Shown piece by piece: positions 26,120-35,416 of a stretch of 64,000 nt of DNA; position 1 is the stretch's first letter; each line of letters starts with the position of its first letter. Source of the stretch: Candidatus Eiseniibacteriota bacterium (GTDB lineage Bacteria; Arandabacterota; Arandabacteria; Arandabacterales; Arandabacteraceae); contig JBDRNT010000151.1 in assembly GCA_043810925.1 (NCBI GenBank), forward strand, positions 3,565-67,564. Reading direction: 5' to 3'. The notes beneath the pieces are model-generated. The model was given only the letters and a program-made list of their open reading frames with translations. It had not been told where the DNA came from and made no database searches. The position numbers and the translations under genes were made by a program.

Positions 26120-28246
26120 TTGATCGACGCAGGCCCACGGGATGTAGTAGCGCTAATCATATCGATTGTGGTTGCCGTCGCCCTGGCTTTTATCCTTTAC
26201 CGGACGACCACACCTTCGTTGCCCCGGTGGCTCCGGCTGGCTTTGGAGGCCCTCCGGTTCGTTGCAGTGCTGATCATCATCCTCCTCGTAACCGATCCTG
26301 TGCTCCGCCTGACGAGCACCAGCCGGAGCGATCCTGTCGTAGCTGTGCTGCTGGACGATTCGAGAAGCATGGCCTTTCCCGGGAGTGGAGCGAAACTCGA
26401 CCGGGCCAAACGAATCGCCATCGACACCCTGGTCGACAGGCTCAAAGCAAAGGCCGACGTACGGTTCTTCACATTCTCCGACGTAGCCGGCGAGATAAGC
26501 GCTGCGGAGATCGATGACGTGGATGCGCGGGGCTCACGGACGGATCTGGTCATGGGGTTGAGATCGGCCATTGACGGGATGGACACCAGACCTGCCGCAT
26601 TCGTGATCCTGAGCGATGGGGGCGTCAACTTCGGTGAAGACGCCCTCCACTACAGCTCCTCCCTGAGGATCCCGGTACATACGATCTCGCTGGCGGGAGA
26701 CGAGCCGACTCCGGACATATCAGTTGACCGTGTCGAAACCAGCGGGGCTGCATATGCCAACAGCATCGTCCCCGTATGGTTGCACCTTACCGGAAGACAC
26801 TCCGGCGCCGTTGAAACCGAAGTCACGATCAGCGACTCGGCCGGGACCGTTCTCACCAAACAGGTTGTCATACCGGGGACGGGTGCGAGGACCAGGGTGG
26901 CTGCAGATATCGAGGCGGGCGAGATCGGACTTCACCGGTTCAGTGTCAATCTTGCTCCATTCGAAGGTGAGGAGGTGACCTCCAACAACACCATGGCCTT
27001 CTCGCTCAAGGTTATAAAGGGCAAGATCAGGGTTTGCCTGGTCGCACCCCATCCCACATGGGATTTCGCATTCGCGAGGAGGAGTCTGGATAAGGATCCC
27101 AATATAGACGCATCGGTGATGTTCACGGCGTCCGGCGGGCCCAGGGTACGGATGGAAGACGAAGTCAGGGATCTGTCACGGGTGATCGCGGACCTCGATG
27201 TGGTTGTGGTGTTCCGTGGTGCGACGCTCGGCGCCGGGAGAGAGGAACTCAAGCAGTTTGTCAGAGACGGAGGCGGTCTGCTTCTTGTTTCTGTCGATCC
27301 ATCCACGAGTGCGTGGGAGGATGCCAGTCCGTTCGTGATCGCGTCATCCTCCCGGGGTGCGGATCTCATGTATGCCCCGCGGGAGGTTGAGGCTGGTGGC
27401 GATCACGAAGTCATGAAAGTGAAGACCGATGGATACGGCTGGTCGAGTTTGCCGCCTGTTCCGGTGGACGGTTCCCTCGAGGGTGCACGCGACGAGTCAA
27501 CGGTCCTGCTCTCGGGTGTGAGCGGAGACCGGGTGATGCCGTTTGTTGCGGTGATGAGGTATGGGCTCGGAAGGGTGGTCGCGTTTTCGCCTTTCGATCT
27601 CTGGCGTTGGGACTTCGTACCGCGAGGATTCGGGATCGAGACCTCGGCTTTCAGCGGTCTTCTCCTCAATTCGATAGGCTGGCTTACGGAAAAGGACGAG
27701 ATCAAGCGGCTGGCGCTTTCGGTATCCAGGGACACATATCTCTGGGGCGAGCCCGCCGACATATCTGCAAGGGTGATGGATGAGAACCTCAAGCCCGTGA
27801 GCGGCGCAAGTGTCCAGGGTGAAATCCGTGATGCAGTCTCCGGGGAGATTAAACACAAGTTTGCCATGGGTGACAGGGCTGGGGGGAGCCACGCCGCCAG
27901 TGTCGACTTTCTGCCACCGTCCCGGTACATAGCAGGTGTTACAGCCAGGGTCGGCGGCGAGGTCTACGCTGAGGAGAGACTGGAATTCAGCGTGGATGAG
28001 AGGGGGCTTGAGGACTTCAACGTGGACGGCGACAACCTTGCCCTCGAACAGATTGCAGCCGCCACCGGTGGGACGGCCTACAGGGCCCAAGACTCGGCCA
28101 GGCTTGCCGAGGAACTCAACCCGGGAAGCACGATCGTGAGGCGTTACAGGGACCTCAGGCTCAGACTTACGCTTGCGTGCTTTCTGGTGCTTGCCGGAGT
28201 CCTTGGCGTGGAGTGGCTGGTCAGAAAGCGAAAGATGCTTGTCTAA
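26120..28246 (+). CDS. membrane-anchored vWA domain + GATase1-like domain protein
   Basis: Two N-terminal TM helices; MIDAS-like 'LLDDSRSM' and 'ILSDG'; 'YGLGRVV...LWRW'; C-terminal TM 'EWLVRKR'. Confidence 0.75.
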   Translation: MIDAGPRDVVALIISIVVAVALAFILYRTTTPSLPRWLRLALEALRFVAVLIIILLVTDPVLRLTSTSRSDPVVAVLLDDSRSMAFPGSGAKLDRAKRIAIDTLVDRLKAKADVRFFTFSDVAGEISAAEIDDVDARGSRTDLVMGLRSAIDGMDTRPAAFVILSDGGVNFGEDALHYSSSLRIPVHTISLAGDEPTPDISVDRVETSGAAYANSIVPVWLHLTGRHSGAVETEVTISDSAGTVLTKQVVIPGTGARTRVAADIEAGEIGLHRFSVNLAPFEGEEVTSNNTMAFSLKVIKGKIRVCLVAPHPTWDFAFARRSLDKDPNIDASVMFTASGGPRVRMEDEVRDLSRVIADLDVVVVFRGATLGAGREELKQFVRDGGGLLLVSVDPSTSAWEDASPFVIASSSRGADLMYAPREVEAGGDHEVMKVKTDGYGWSSLPPVPVDGSLEGARDESTVLLSGVSGDRVMPFVAVMRYGLGRVVAFSPFDLWRWDFVPRGFGIETSAFSGLLLNSIGWLTEKDEIKRLALSVSRDTYLWGEPADISARVMDENLKPVSGASVQGEIRDAVSGEIKHKFAMGDRAGGSHAASVDFLPPSRYIAGVTARVGGEVYAEERLEFSVDERGLEDFNVDGDNLALEQIAAATGGTAYRAQDSARLAEELNPGSTIVRRYRDLRLRLTLACFLVLAGVLGVEWLVRKRKMLV

Positions 28247-28321
28247 CCCCGGTATCTCCGCCTCCCGGCCTCGAGGTTCACGAATACTCAGGGTCTTGAC
28301 GCTCCCGAGGCGCGTTTTTGC

Positions 28322-28351
28322 TTGACAGATACTCGGCAAGTAGGGTACATT
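28322..28351 (+). promoter_or_regulatory. putative sigma70 promoter
   Basis: TTGACA-18 nt-TACATT. Confidence 0.5.
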
Positions 28352-28387
28352 CGATGGCTGGAGCTTGGTGCCGAGCAGGGAGGACCT

Positions 28388-28666
28388 GTGACAAAGGCCG
28401 ACATAGTTGAAGAGATCGCAGCCAGAACAGGTTTGACCAGGAAAGAAACCGCGGAGGTAGTTGCGCATTTCATAGCCGCGGTCAAGGGTGCTCTCAAAGA
28501 GGGTAAACACATCGAGATCAGAGGGTTCGGCACGTTCAAGGTTGCGGTGCGAAAACCGCGTGCTGCGAGAAACCCGAGGACGGGTGAGGTTGTACCGCTC
28601 GCAGAACGCAAGGTGCCGGTTTTTAAAGTGTCACGTGAGCTGAAGGAGAAAGTTGCGGGTTACTAG
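28388..28666 (+). CDS. HU/IHF family DNA-binding protein (copy 2, IHF-like)
   Basis: GTG-TKADIVEEIA...IEIRGFGTFKV..RKPRAARNPRTGE; GGAGG RBS. Confidence 0.92.
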   Translation: MTKADIVEEIAARTGLTRKETAEVVAHFIAAVKGALKEGKHIEIRGFGTFKVAVRKPRAARNPRTGEVVPLAERKVPVFKVSRELKEKVAGY

Positions 28667-28767
28667 GAGGGTCAGCGCTCCATCCTGCGATTGTTCTCCG
28701 GCCGGCTGTGCAGAGCTTCTTGCATGCACATAACATAGAGGCACGGCTGGCAAGCAAGGAGGTGGCC

Positions 28768-29331
28768 ATGCCAACCAAGACAGAGCTTGGAAGAAGACTC
28801 AGGGAAGAGCGAGTCAGACGCACACTCACGCTGAAGGATGTCGAAAAGCGTTCGGGCGTGTCGGCCACACACATTTCCCAGATCGAGCGTGGGATCACAT
28901 GGCCTACTGTAAACGCACTTAACAAGGTCGCGACTGCGCTTGAGAAGAAGACCAGCTTCTTTCTTGAAGAAGTGGAGCTGGCGGATGTCTGCAGGCTTTC
29001 CGGGGATGGGTCGACGATGTTGATCAGCGAAGACCCCAGGCTCACCCTCAAGACCATGACAAATGGTATACCGGGTGGACAGCTGCACTTCTACAAGCTG
29101 ATCGTAGAACCTGCGGGGGACAACACGGACTTCGCCAGATTGCATTGCCATGAGGGAGACGAGTGTGGGTGGGTCGTCAGCGGCAAGGTCGAGCTCAAAG
29201 TCGGCGACGAATTGTTCGAACTCGGTGAAGGTGATACGGTCCATTTCAATGGTAACAAGCCCCACGGTATCAGGAACATCGGTGACAGGGTAAGTGAGTC
29301 TGTCTGGGCAGCTTTTAGCCTCGGCATCTGA
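28768..29331 (+). CDS. XRE-family HTH regulator with C-terminal cupin domain
   Basis: 'LGRRLREER...SGVSATHISQIERG..WPTV'; cupin 'HEGDECGWVVSG...GDTVHF...PHG'. Confidence 0.9.
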   Translation: MPTKTELGRRLREERVRRTLTLKDVEKRSGVSATHISQIERGITWPTVNALNKVATALEKKTSFFLEEVELADVCRLSGDGSTMLISEDPRLTLKTMTNGIPGGQLHFYKLIVEPAGDNTDFARLHCHEGDECGWVVSGKVELKVGDELFELGEGDTVHFNGNKPHGIRNIGDRVSESVWAAFSLGI

Positions 29332-29367
29332 TTTAGAGTAAGATTTGCAGATTCATGCAAAAAACAG

Positions 29368-29396
29368 TTGACAAGCGGCAGTATTGATGGTATCGT
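29368..29396 (+). promoter_or_regulatory. putative sigma70 promoter
   Basis: TTGACA-17 nt-TATCGT with extended TG. Confidence 0.55.
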
Positions 29397-29431
29397 GGGC
29401 GAAAACTGACAGGTGAAAGCGAGGTGATTTC

Positions 29432-29698
29432 ATGAACAAGGCGGAACTGGTAGAATACGTTGCCAAGCAGACGAAGATGACAAAGCGGGGTGCTGAAGAG
29501 GCTGTCAACGCGACTCTCGGTGGTATCAAGAAGAATGTGAAGAGAGGTGGCGTTCAGCTTGTTGGCTTTGGCAGCTTCACCGTCGTCTCGCGTAAGGGTA
29601 GAATGGGTAGAAACCCTCAGACGGGTGCGCCGATTAAGATCAAACCGAGCAAGTCGGTGAAATTTCGCCCCGGAAAAGATTTCAAGAGCATGCTGTAA
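29432..29698 (+). CDS. hup: HU family DNA-binding protein (copy 3)
   Basis: MNKAELVEYVA...VQLVGFGSF...GRNPQTG..IKI....VKFRPGK. Confidence 0.95.
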   Translation: MNKAELVEYVAKQTKMTKRGAEEAVNATLGGIKKNVKRGGVQLVGFGSFTVVSRKGRMGRNPQTGAPIKIKPSKSVKFRPGKDFKSML

Positions 29699-29718
29699 TA
29701 GTCTGCTCTGTAAGAGAG

Positions 29719-29757
29719 AGCAGAATATGGCGTCAAGTCATATTCTGCTTTTCTTTT
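29719..29757 (+). terminator. Rho-independent terminator
   Basis: AGCAGAATATG...CATATTCTGCT stem followed by TTTCTTTT. Confidence 0.8.
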
Positions 29758-29776
29758 AGGTAGGCCGGGTACTAAG

Positions 29777-30184
29777 GTGGTTTACTCAAGCACCATAGAA
29801 GTCTCAACACGTAAGAACAAGCAGCTCGTAGACATAACCTCCAAGGTCGAACAGGTTGTTTCCGGTTCCGGGATCAAGGAGGGCCTTGTGCTTGTATTCG
29901 CCACACACACGACCACGGGACTTCTCATAAACGAACGTGAGGGCGGTCTCCTGGATGATATGGAATCAGTACTGTGCACTCTTGTGCCGTCCTCTGGCGC
30001 CTACCTTCACGACCGTGTCGACAACAACGCCGCGAGCCACATCCAGTCTGTCCTGCTCTCGGTCTCGCTCACGGTCCCCGTGGGAAGCGGGAGGCTCTCA
30101 CTGGGAACCTGGCAATCGATTCTTCTTGCCGAGCGGGACGGGCCGCGACGGAGAACGCTGATCGTAAAGGTTATAGGTGATTGA
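29777..30184 (+). CDS. yjbQ: YjbQ / UPF0047 family protein
   Basis: 'HTTTGLLINE', 'NAASHI', 'LGTWQSILLAERDGPR.R'. Confidence 0.9.
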   Translation: MVYSSTIEVSTRKNKQLVDITSKVEQVVSGSGIKEGLVLVFATHTTTGLLINEREGGLLDDMESVLCTLVPSSGAYLHDRVDNNAASHIQSVLLSVSLTVPVGSGRLSLGTWQSILLAERDGPRRRTLIVKVIGD

Positions 30185-30792
30185 GGTTGTCCGACAAAGA
30201 GATGAAACTCCTCAACCTGTCTGAATCTCTCGAGGGCTGCCAGAGGTGCGGTCTCTGGGAGGGCCGAACGAACATAGTCTTCGGTTCGGGCTCACCCGAT
30301 GCGCAACTGGTCTTCGTGGGCGAGGCGCCGGGTTACCATGAGGATCTCCAGGCCGAACCGTTCGTCGGCTCCGCAGGCAAGTTTCTCGACGAGCTCCTGA
30401 CAGAAATACTGGGTGTTCGCAGGGATGACGTCTATATCGCCAATGTTCTCAAGTGCAGACCTCCCGAGAACCGCGACCCGACGGCGCTGGAGGTGGATAC
30501 GTGCAAGCCTTTTGTGATGCAGCAGCTTGGAATACTCAAACCCGACACGGTATGCAGTCTTGGGAACTTCGCCACCAGAACGCTCACCGGCAAGCGAGAG
30601 GGGATAACGAAGCTGAGAAGAAAGCCTGTCAAGGTCGGCGATCTGTATGTTTTTCCCATGTTCCATCCTGCCGCTGCGCTGCACAGGGGCGATCTCTACG
30701 AGGAGGTCCGGCAGGATTTCAGGTCCTTGAAAGAGTTTCTTGACTCCCCGAGGACGGTAGAGGAGGAGTCGACTCAGAGGGAGCTCTTCTGA
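30181..30792 (+). CDS. uracil-DNA glycosylase family 4 (4Fe-4S)
   Basis: CQRC, GEAPG..ED, PFVG, KCRPPENR, HPAAAL. Confidence 0.92.
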   Translation: MRLSDKEMKLLNLSESLEGCQRCGLWEGRTNIVFGSGSPDAQLVFVGEAPGYHEDLQAEPFVGSAGKFLDELLTEILGVRRDDVYIANVLKCRPPENRDPTALEVDTCKPFVMQQLGILKPDTVCSLGNFATRTLTGKREGITKLRRKPVKVGDLYVFPMFHPAAALHRGDLYEEVRQDFRSLKEFLDSPRTVEEESTQRELF

Positions 30793-30795
30793 CCC

Positions 30796-31581
30796 ATGAC
30801 CAGCAGCGTTCAGATTGTCTTCGTGTTTGTGTTCGGTTGCGTCGTCGGTAGTTTTCTCAATGTCGTCAGGTACAGGCTTCCCAGAAAAGCAGGCATGGTT
30901 TCAGGGCGGTCGATGTGCCCCCAGTGCGGCCGGCGCATTGCGTGGTACGACAATGTGCCGATCCTGAGCTATCTGGTACTGAAGGGCAGATGCAGGCAGT
31001 GCGGGTGGGGCATACTGGGGATCTATCCGGTCATTGAGGCTTCGACCGGGGTGAGCTTTGCACTTATCTGGTATTCGTTTCTCCCCGGGCAGGCTGTCGC
31101 CTACATGGTGCTTGCGGCACTTCTGATAGCATGTGCCGGGATTGATTTCGACCTTCGTATCATACCCGACAAACTCACACTTCCCGGAATAGTGCTAGGT
31201 CTTCTGTTCTCAGTAACCCTTCTAAAGACGGGACCCGTTGACAGATCCCTCGTGAGGTCGCTGCTCGGTATCGTGGCCGGGGGTGGGACGCTCTTCGCAG
31301 TTGCGGTCTTGTACAAACTGGTCAGACGGATCGAGGGCATGGGGGGGGGAGACGTTAAGCTGATGGCGATGGCCGGCGCGTTTCTCGGTTATGAGCTTGC
31401 CCTCCTCACGATCTTCGTTGCTTCCGTTGCCGGAGGAATCATCGGGCTTTTCCTGATTCGACGGTCCTCCGAGGGCATGAAGACGAGCGTACCTTTCGGG
31501 GTTTTTCTCTCACCTGCCGGGATTTTCTGTCTGCTGTGGGGAGATGCGCTGATCGGTGCCTATCTGAATCTGATAAAATAA
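30796..31581 (+). CDS. pilD: prepilin peptidase (A24)
   Basis: GSFLNVV, RSMCPQC, GRCRQC, MGGGDVKL, PFGVFL. Confidence 0.92.
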   Translation: MTSSVQIVFVFVFGCVVGSFLNVVRYRLPRKAGMVSGRSMCPQCGRRIAWYDNVPILSYLVLKGRCRQCGWGILGIYPVIEASTGVSFALIWYSFLPGQAVAYMVLAALLIACAGIDFDLRIIPDKLTLPGIVLGLLFSVTLLKTGPVDRSLVRSLLGIVAGGGTLFAVAVLYKLVRRIEGMGGGDVKLMAMAGAFLGYELALLTIFVASVAGGIIGLFLIRRSSEGMKTSVPFGVFLSPAGIFCLLWGDALIGAYLNLIK

Positions 31582-31582
31582 A

Positions 31583-31693
31583 GGATTCCCTGAGGTAGGT
31601 TCTGGTCTGCGGTTTTCTTAGCCCTCGCCGATTACCCAGCTATCCGAAACCAATCCTGCCAGAGCTTTCGGTCTGCCCACCATCAGGGAATCC
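31583..31693. other. 111-nt long imperfect hairpin, unassigned
   Basis: GGATTCCCTGA...TCAGGGAATCC closing stem, with further internal pairings (TTCTGG/CCAGAG; GGTTT/AAACC). Confidence 0.4.
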
Positions 31694-31954
31694 ACCGTAA
31701 GGAGGACCCTGTCTCAGGTCCGTCTGCTTGAAAATGCAATCGATGTGCCACGGCTGTGAGGCGGGCCCCCGCGCCGGTAGGCGTTGGTTTAAAATAAGAT
31801 AACCTGACACCTCCGCCGCGATGGCATCGGCGACCCGTTTGGATTCATGGCAGAATGCACTGGCATCTGTGCATTCTGCAATCCGGGAACCGGGAATTTC
31901 GCTTTCCGGCAAGAAAACCAGCAGAAGAAATATGATTTCACTTGATTTTCCCAC

Positions 31955-31983
31955 TTGAAAGTTGCAACCTTATGCTTTAGAAT
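31955..31983 (+). promoter_or_regulatory. sigma70 promoter of groESL
   Basis: TTGAAA-17 nt-TAGAAT, ~230 nt upstream of groES. Confidence 0.65.
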
Positions 31984-32214
31984 CCTGTGCGTCCATATCC
32001 TGGACGCAACGGGTATGGAAGTTGGGAGCCCAAGGTTGAGTTGATCCAGGGTTCTCGTGTCATAAAGGCTGGTTGACGTTTGAAGTCTGTCGGACATAAC
32101 CACGCGTTCATCCGGTTATGCCAGATGCAAGGAGTGAAAGGGGGGATCAGGTGAGGGATTGAGTCCTTTCTGTAGTCTGGTTGGGATGCAAACCCATGGG
32201 AAGGAGGTAAGAGC

Positions 32215-32529
32215 ATGCCCGCAAAGAAAGCAGCAGAGAAAGCAAGTGTTAGACCACTCGGAGACAGGGTGCTTGTCAAGCGCCTCGACGAGGAGCATCA
32301 GACCAAGGGTGGAATAATCGTCCCGGATACTGCGAAGGAAAAACCTCAACAGGGTAAGATCATTGAAGTCGGACCCGGCAGAATGACGGAAGACGGCAAG
32401 AGGATTCCGCCGGATGTCAAAAAGGGTAACAAGGTTTTGTTCGGTAAGTACTCAGGGACGGAGATCAGTGTCGGGGCGGAGGAGTATCTGATACTGCGCG
32501 AAGAGGACATCCTCGCAATAGTAGGATAG
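32215..32529 (+). CDS. groES: co-chaperonin GroES
   Basis: [10 protein letters not shown]...[18 protein letters not shown]...KYSGTEI. Confidence 0.98.
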   Translation: MPAKKAAEKASVRPLGDRVLVKRLDEEHQTKGGIIVPDTAKEKPQQGKIIEVGPGRMTEDGKRIPPDVKKGNKVLFGKYSGTEISVGAEEYLILREEDILAIVG

Positions 32530-32572
32530 ACCTGTCGTCAGGGAACACTACTGAAAGCTGGAGGTGAGGTAC

Positions 32573-34213
32573 ATGGCTGCCAAGCAGCTCCGATTCGATG
32601 AAGAGGCCAGACGCGCTCTTGAGAGGGGCGTGGACAAACTGGCGGAAGCCGTCAGGGTCACTCTCGGTCCGAGAGGGAGGACCGTGGTGCTTGAGAAGAA
32701 GTGGGGTGCTCCCACGGTGACCAATGACGGTGTGACCATTGCCAAAGAGATCGACCTCGAGGATCCCTATGAGAACATGGGCGCTCAGATGGTCAAAGAG
32801 GTTGCGACCAAGACAAGCGACATAGCGGGAGACGGAACGACCACGGCCACCATACTCGCCCAGTCGATTCTCCGGGAGGGGCTTAAGAACGTTGTTGCAG
32901 GTGCGAACCCGGTGGAGCTCAAACGAGGCATAGACAAGGCTGTGGAGGTTGTGGTTGGCGAGCTCAAGAAGATCTCCAAGCCGGTCAGGAGCGCCAAGGA
33001 AATAGCACAGGTCGGTGCGATCTCGGCTCATGGCGATGAAACCATAGGTGCTCTTCTGGCGGACGCGATGGATAAGGTCGGACGAGAAGGCGTTATCACC
33101 GTCGATGAAGCCAAGGGGATGGAGACCACGCTGGACGTGGTGGAAGGAATGCAGTTTGACAGGGGCTACCTCTCACCCTACTTCATCACGGACCCTGAGG
33201 GGATGAGCGTGGAGCTCGAAGATCCCTACATCCTGATTCACGAGAAGAAAATCAGTGTGATGAAAGACCTGCTCCCGCTCCTTGAGAAGATATCCCGGGC
33301 GGGCAGATCGCTTCTGATTCTTGCCGAGGATATCGAAGGTGAAGCCCTCGCAACTCTGGTCGTAAACAAACTTCGTGGCGTCCTCAAGTGCGCTGCCGTC
33401 AAGGCTCCCGGCTACGGAGACAGGCGCAAGGCGATGCTTGAAGATATCGCCGCTCTGACCGGTGGCAGCATGATCGCCGAAGAGGTCGGGATCAAGCTCG
33501 AGAACGTAGGGCTTGATGATCTCGGCTCGTGCAAGCGGGTTATGATCGATAAGGAAAACACGACGATCATCGGCGGCAAGGGCCTCAAGAAAGATATCGA
33601 GGGCAGAATAGCGCAGATCCGCAGGGCAATCGAGGATACGTCTTCGGACTACGACAAGGAGAAGCTCCAGGAAAGACTTGCGAAGCTTGCAGGCGGAGTC
33701 GCGGTTGTCAAGGTCGGTGCGGCCACCGAGGTCGAGATGAAGGCCCGTAAGGCTATGGTCGAGGACGCGCTTCATGCTACGAAGGCCGCTGTTGAAGAGG
33801 GCATAGTCCCCGGTGGCGGAGTGGCGCTCATAAGATCGCTTCCCGCACTTGAGAAGCTCAAGCTTCCCGGCGATGAGGCAATCGGAGTCAATATAGTCAA
33901 GCGCTCGCTGGAAGAGCCGGCCAGGCAGATCGTCCGGAATGCCGGCCTCGAAGGCTCGATCATTGTCGAAGAGATCAAGAAGAGAGGCAAGACCGACAAG
34001 TATGCCGGATATGATGCCTCCACTCTTGAATACGTTAACATGCTCACAAAGGGCATCATTGACCCCATGAAGGTCACTCGTACAGCTCTTCAGAATGCGG
34101 CATCGATCGCCGCTTTGATGCTTACGACCGAGGCCCTGATCGTGGAGATTCCCGAGAAGGAGAAGGCTGCGCCGGCACCTCCAGGAGGAGGCTACGGCGA
34201 GGGCATGTACTAG
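32573..34213 (+). CDS. groEL: chaperonin GroEL
   Basis: [31 protein letters not shown]; GGAGG RBS. Confidence 0.99.
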   Translation: MAAKQLRFDEEARRALERGVDKLAEAVRVTLGPRGRTVVLEKKWGAPTVTNDGVTIAKEIDLEDPYENMGAQMVKEVATKTSDIAGDGTTTATILAQSILREGLKNVVAGANPVELKRGIDKAVEVVVGELKKISKPVRSAKEIAQVGAISAHGDETIGALLADAMDKVGREGVITVDEAKGMETTLDVVEGMQFDRGYLSPYFITDPEGMSVELEDPYILIHEKKISVMKDLLPLLEKISRAGRSLLILAEDIEGEALATLVVNKLRGVLKCAAVKAPGYGDRRKAMLEDIAALTGGSMIAEEVGIKLENVGLDDLGSCKRVMIDKENTTIIGGKGLKKDIEGRIAQIRRAIEDTSSDYDKEKLQERLAKLAGGVAVVKVGAATEVEMKARKAMVEDALHATKAAVEEGIVPGGGVALIRSLPALEKLKLPGDEAIGVNIVKRSLEEPARQIVRNAGLEGSIIVEEIKKRGKTDKYAGYDASTLEYVNMLTKGIIDPMKVTRTALQNAASIAALMLTTEALIVEIPEKEKAAPAPPGGGYGEGMY

Positions 34214-34601
34214 ACCGCATGGGTCGAGGTTGGTCAAGAGCGCTTAGAGGGAAGCCACGTGAGGTACCGAGGGATGAGGGGTCCTGTGGTGGATAGGTGA
34301 GATTGACCAGCCTGAGCAGGAGGGCAAGACACCGGGCATTGTGTCCGACATGATAGAGTCCGCCGGGGGTGTTTGAGGACTCCCCCGGCTATGCAGGTAG
34401 TGTGGGGGAGCCGAAGAGGACAGTCCGGGCCTTTCCGGATTCGTCGAGGTCTGCATAAGGAGTATAGCAGGAAACATGCTTGACAGAGGCGTCGAGTATC
34501 CCAAGAATGCTGATGTGGCGAATCGCCTTGTTGACTCAGAGCGAAAACCGTGTCAGATCAGAGTTACAGGCGCATTACATTGAGGTAAGGCTGGATACGC
34601 T

Positions 34602-34934
34602 ATGACGAAGAAGACAACCAAGAACAGACCGGCTAGAGAGATCGAATCGCAGATACCGACCGTTGACATAAACCCCGATATGGCAGTCGAAGATCAGGTT
34701 CCACTCAACGAACTTCCTACCTTTTTCCCCAATGCCTACGAGGTGGTTGTTGCGGCGGCCCGGAGGGCCCGCCAGCTCAATCTGGGTCTCAAGCCCCTTG
34801 TCAAGACCGGTATGTACCGGCCGGTTGATATAGCACTTGCCGAGCTCGTGGCAGGCAAGGTCGAATACGAGGCGGAGAAGGATGAGCCAAAGCGGGAAAA
34901 GACATCCGGAAAGCGGAAGTCCCGGTCCAAGTAA
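34602..34934 (+). CDS. rpoZ: RNA polymerase omega subunit
   Basis: 'NAYEVVVAAARRARQL...RPVDIALAELVAGKV'. Confidence 0.85.
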   Translation: MTKKTTKNRPAREIESQIPTVDINPDMAVEDQVPLNELPTFFPNAYEVVVAAARRARQLNLGLKPLVKTGMYRPVDIALAELVAGKVEYEAEKDEPKREKTSGKRKSRSK

Positions 34935-34978
34935 TCCCGGCAACACCATGATCGCCTCATTCTGAAGCGGAGCAGCCA

Positions 34979-35404
34979 GTGAGCTCTGACTCCTTCTACG
35001 AAACCATTGAACATACTGCCGATATCGGCATAGAGGTCGAGGCCCCGGAGAGTGAAGGCCTCTTTGCACGGTGTGCTCTTGCGATGTTCGATATGATGTT
35101 CGGGCTCGAGTCCATCGAGCGGAATGAGACAAGGAGAATCACGGTCTCCGGTGAGAATCTGAACGAACTTCTGGTTGCCTGGTTGAATGATCTTCTATAT
35201 GTTTACTCGGTGGAAGGTATGATGTTTTCGGACTTCTCGGACATAGTCCTCGGTGCCTCGTCCCTGTCGGCCCTTGGGCTGGGTGAGACCTTTGATCAAC
35301 GAAAGCATAGTGCCGACCTTGAGATCAAAGCGGCGACGTATCATGGCCTGTCAGTGGAACAAGCCGGCGGGAAATGGCGGGCCAGGGTGATTTTCGACAT
35401 CTGA
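34979..35404 (+). CDS. archease
   Basis: 'EHTADIGI', 'EIKAATYHGL', C-terminal 'VIFDI'. Confidence 0.92.
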   Translation: MSSDSFYETIEHTADIGIEVEAPESEGLFARCALAMFDMMFGLESIERNETRRITVSGENLNELLVAWLNDLLYVYSVEGMMFSDFSDIVLGASSLSALGLGETFDQRKHSADLEIKAATYHGLSVEQAGGKWRARVIFDI

Positions 35405-35416
35405 CGGTTCTGGACT

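Noticed and set aside
31640-32349. Short minus-strand ORFs in the pilD-groES gap
   Set aside because: No RBS or motif support, and they overlap promoter and hairpin elements.
33173-34237. 354-aa antisense ORF opposite groEL, and similar long antisense ORFs opposite other genes
   Set aside because: Shadow ORFs expected from GC-rich codon usage; no protein motifs.
34415-34431. GAGGACAGTCCGGGC resembling the RNase P RNA 5' motif GAGGAAAGTCC
   Set aside because: Mismatch in the conserved core, no matching 3' motif at a suitable distance, and too little room before rpoZ.
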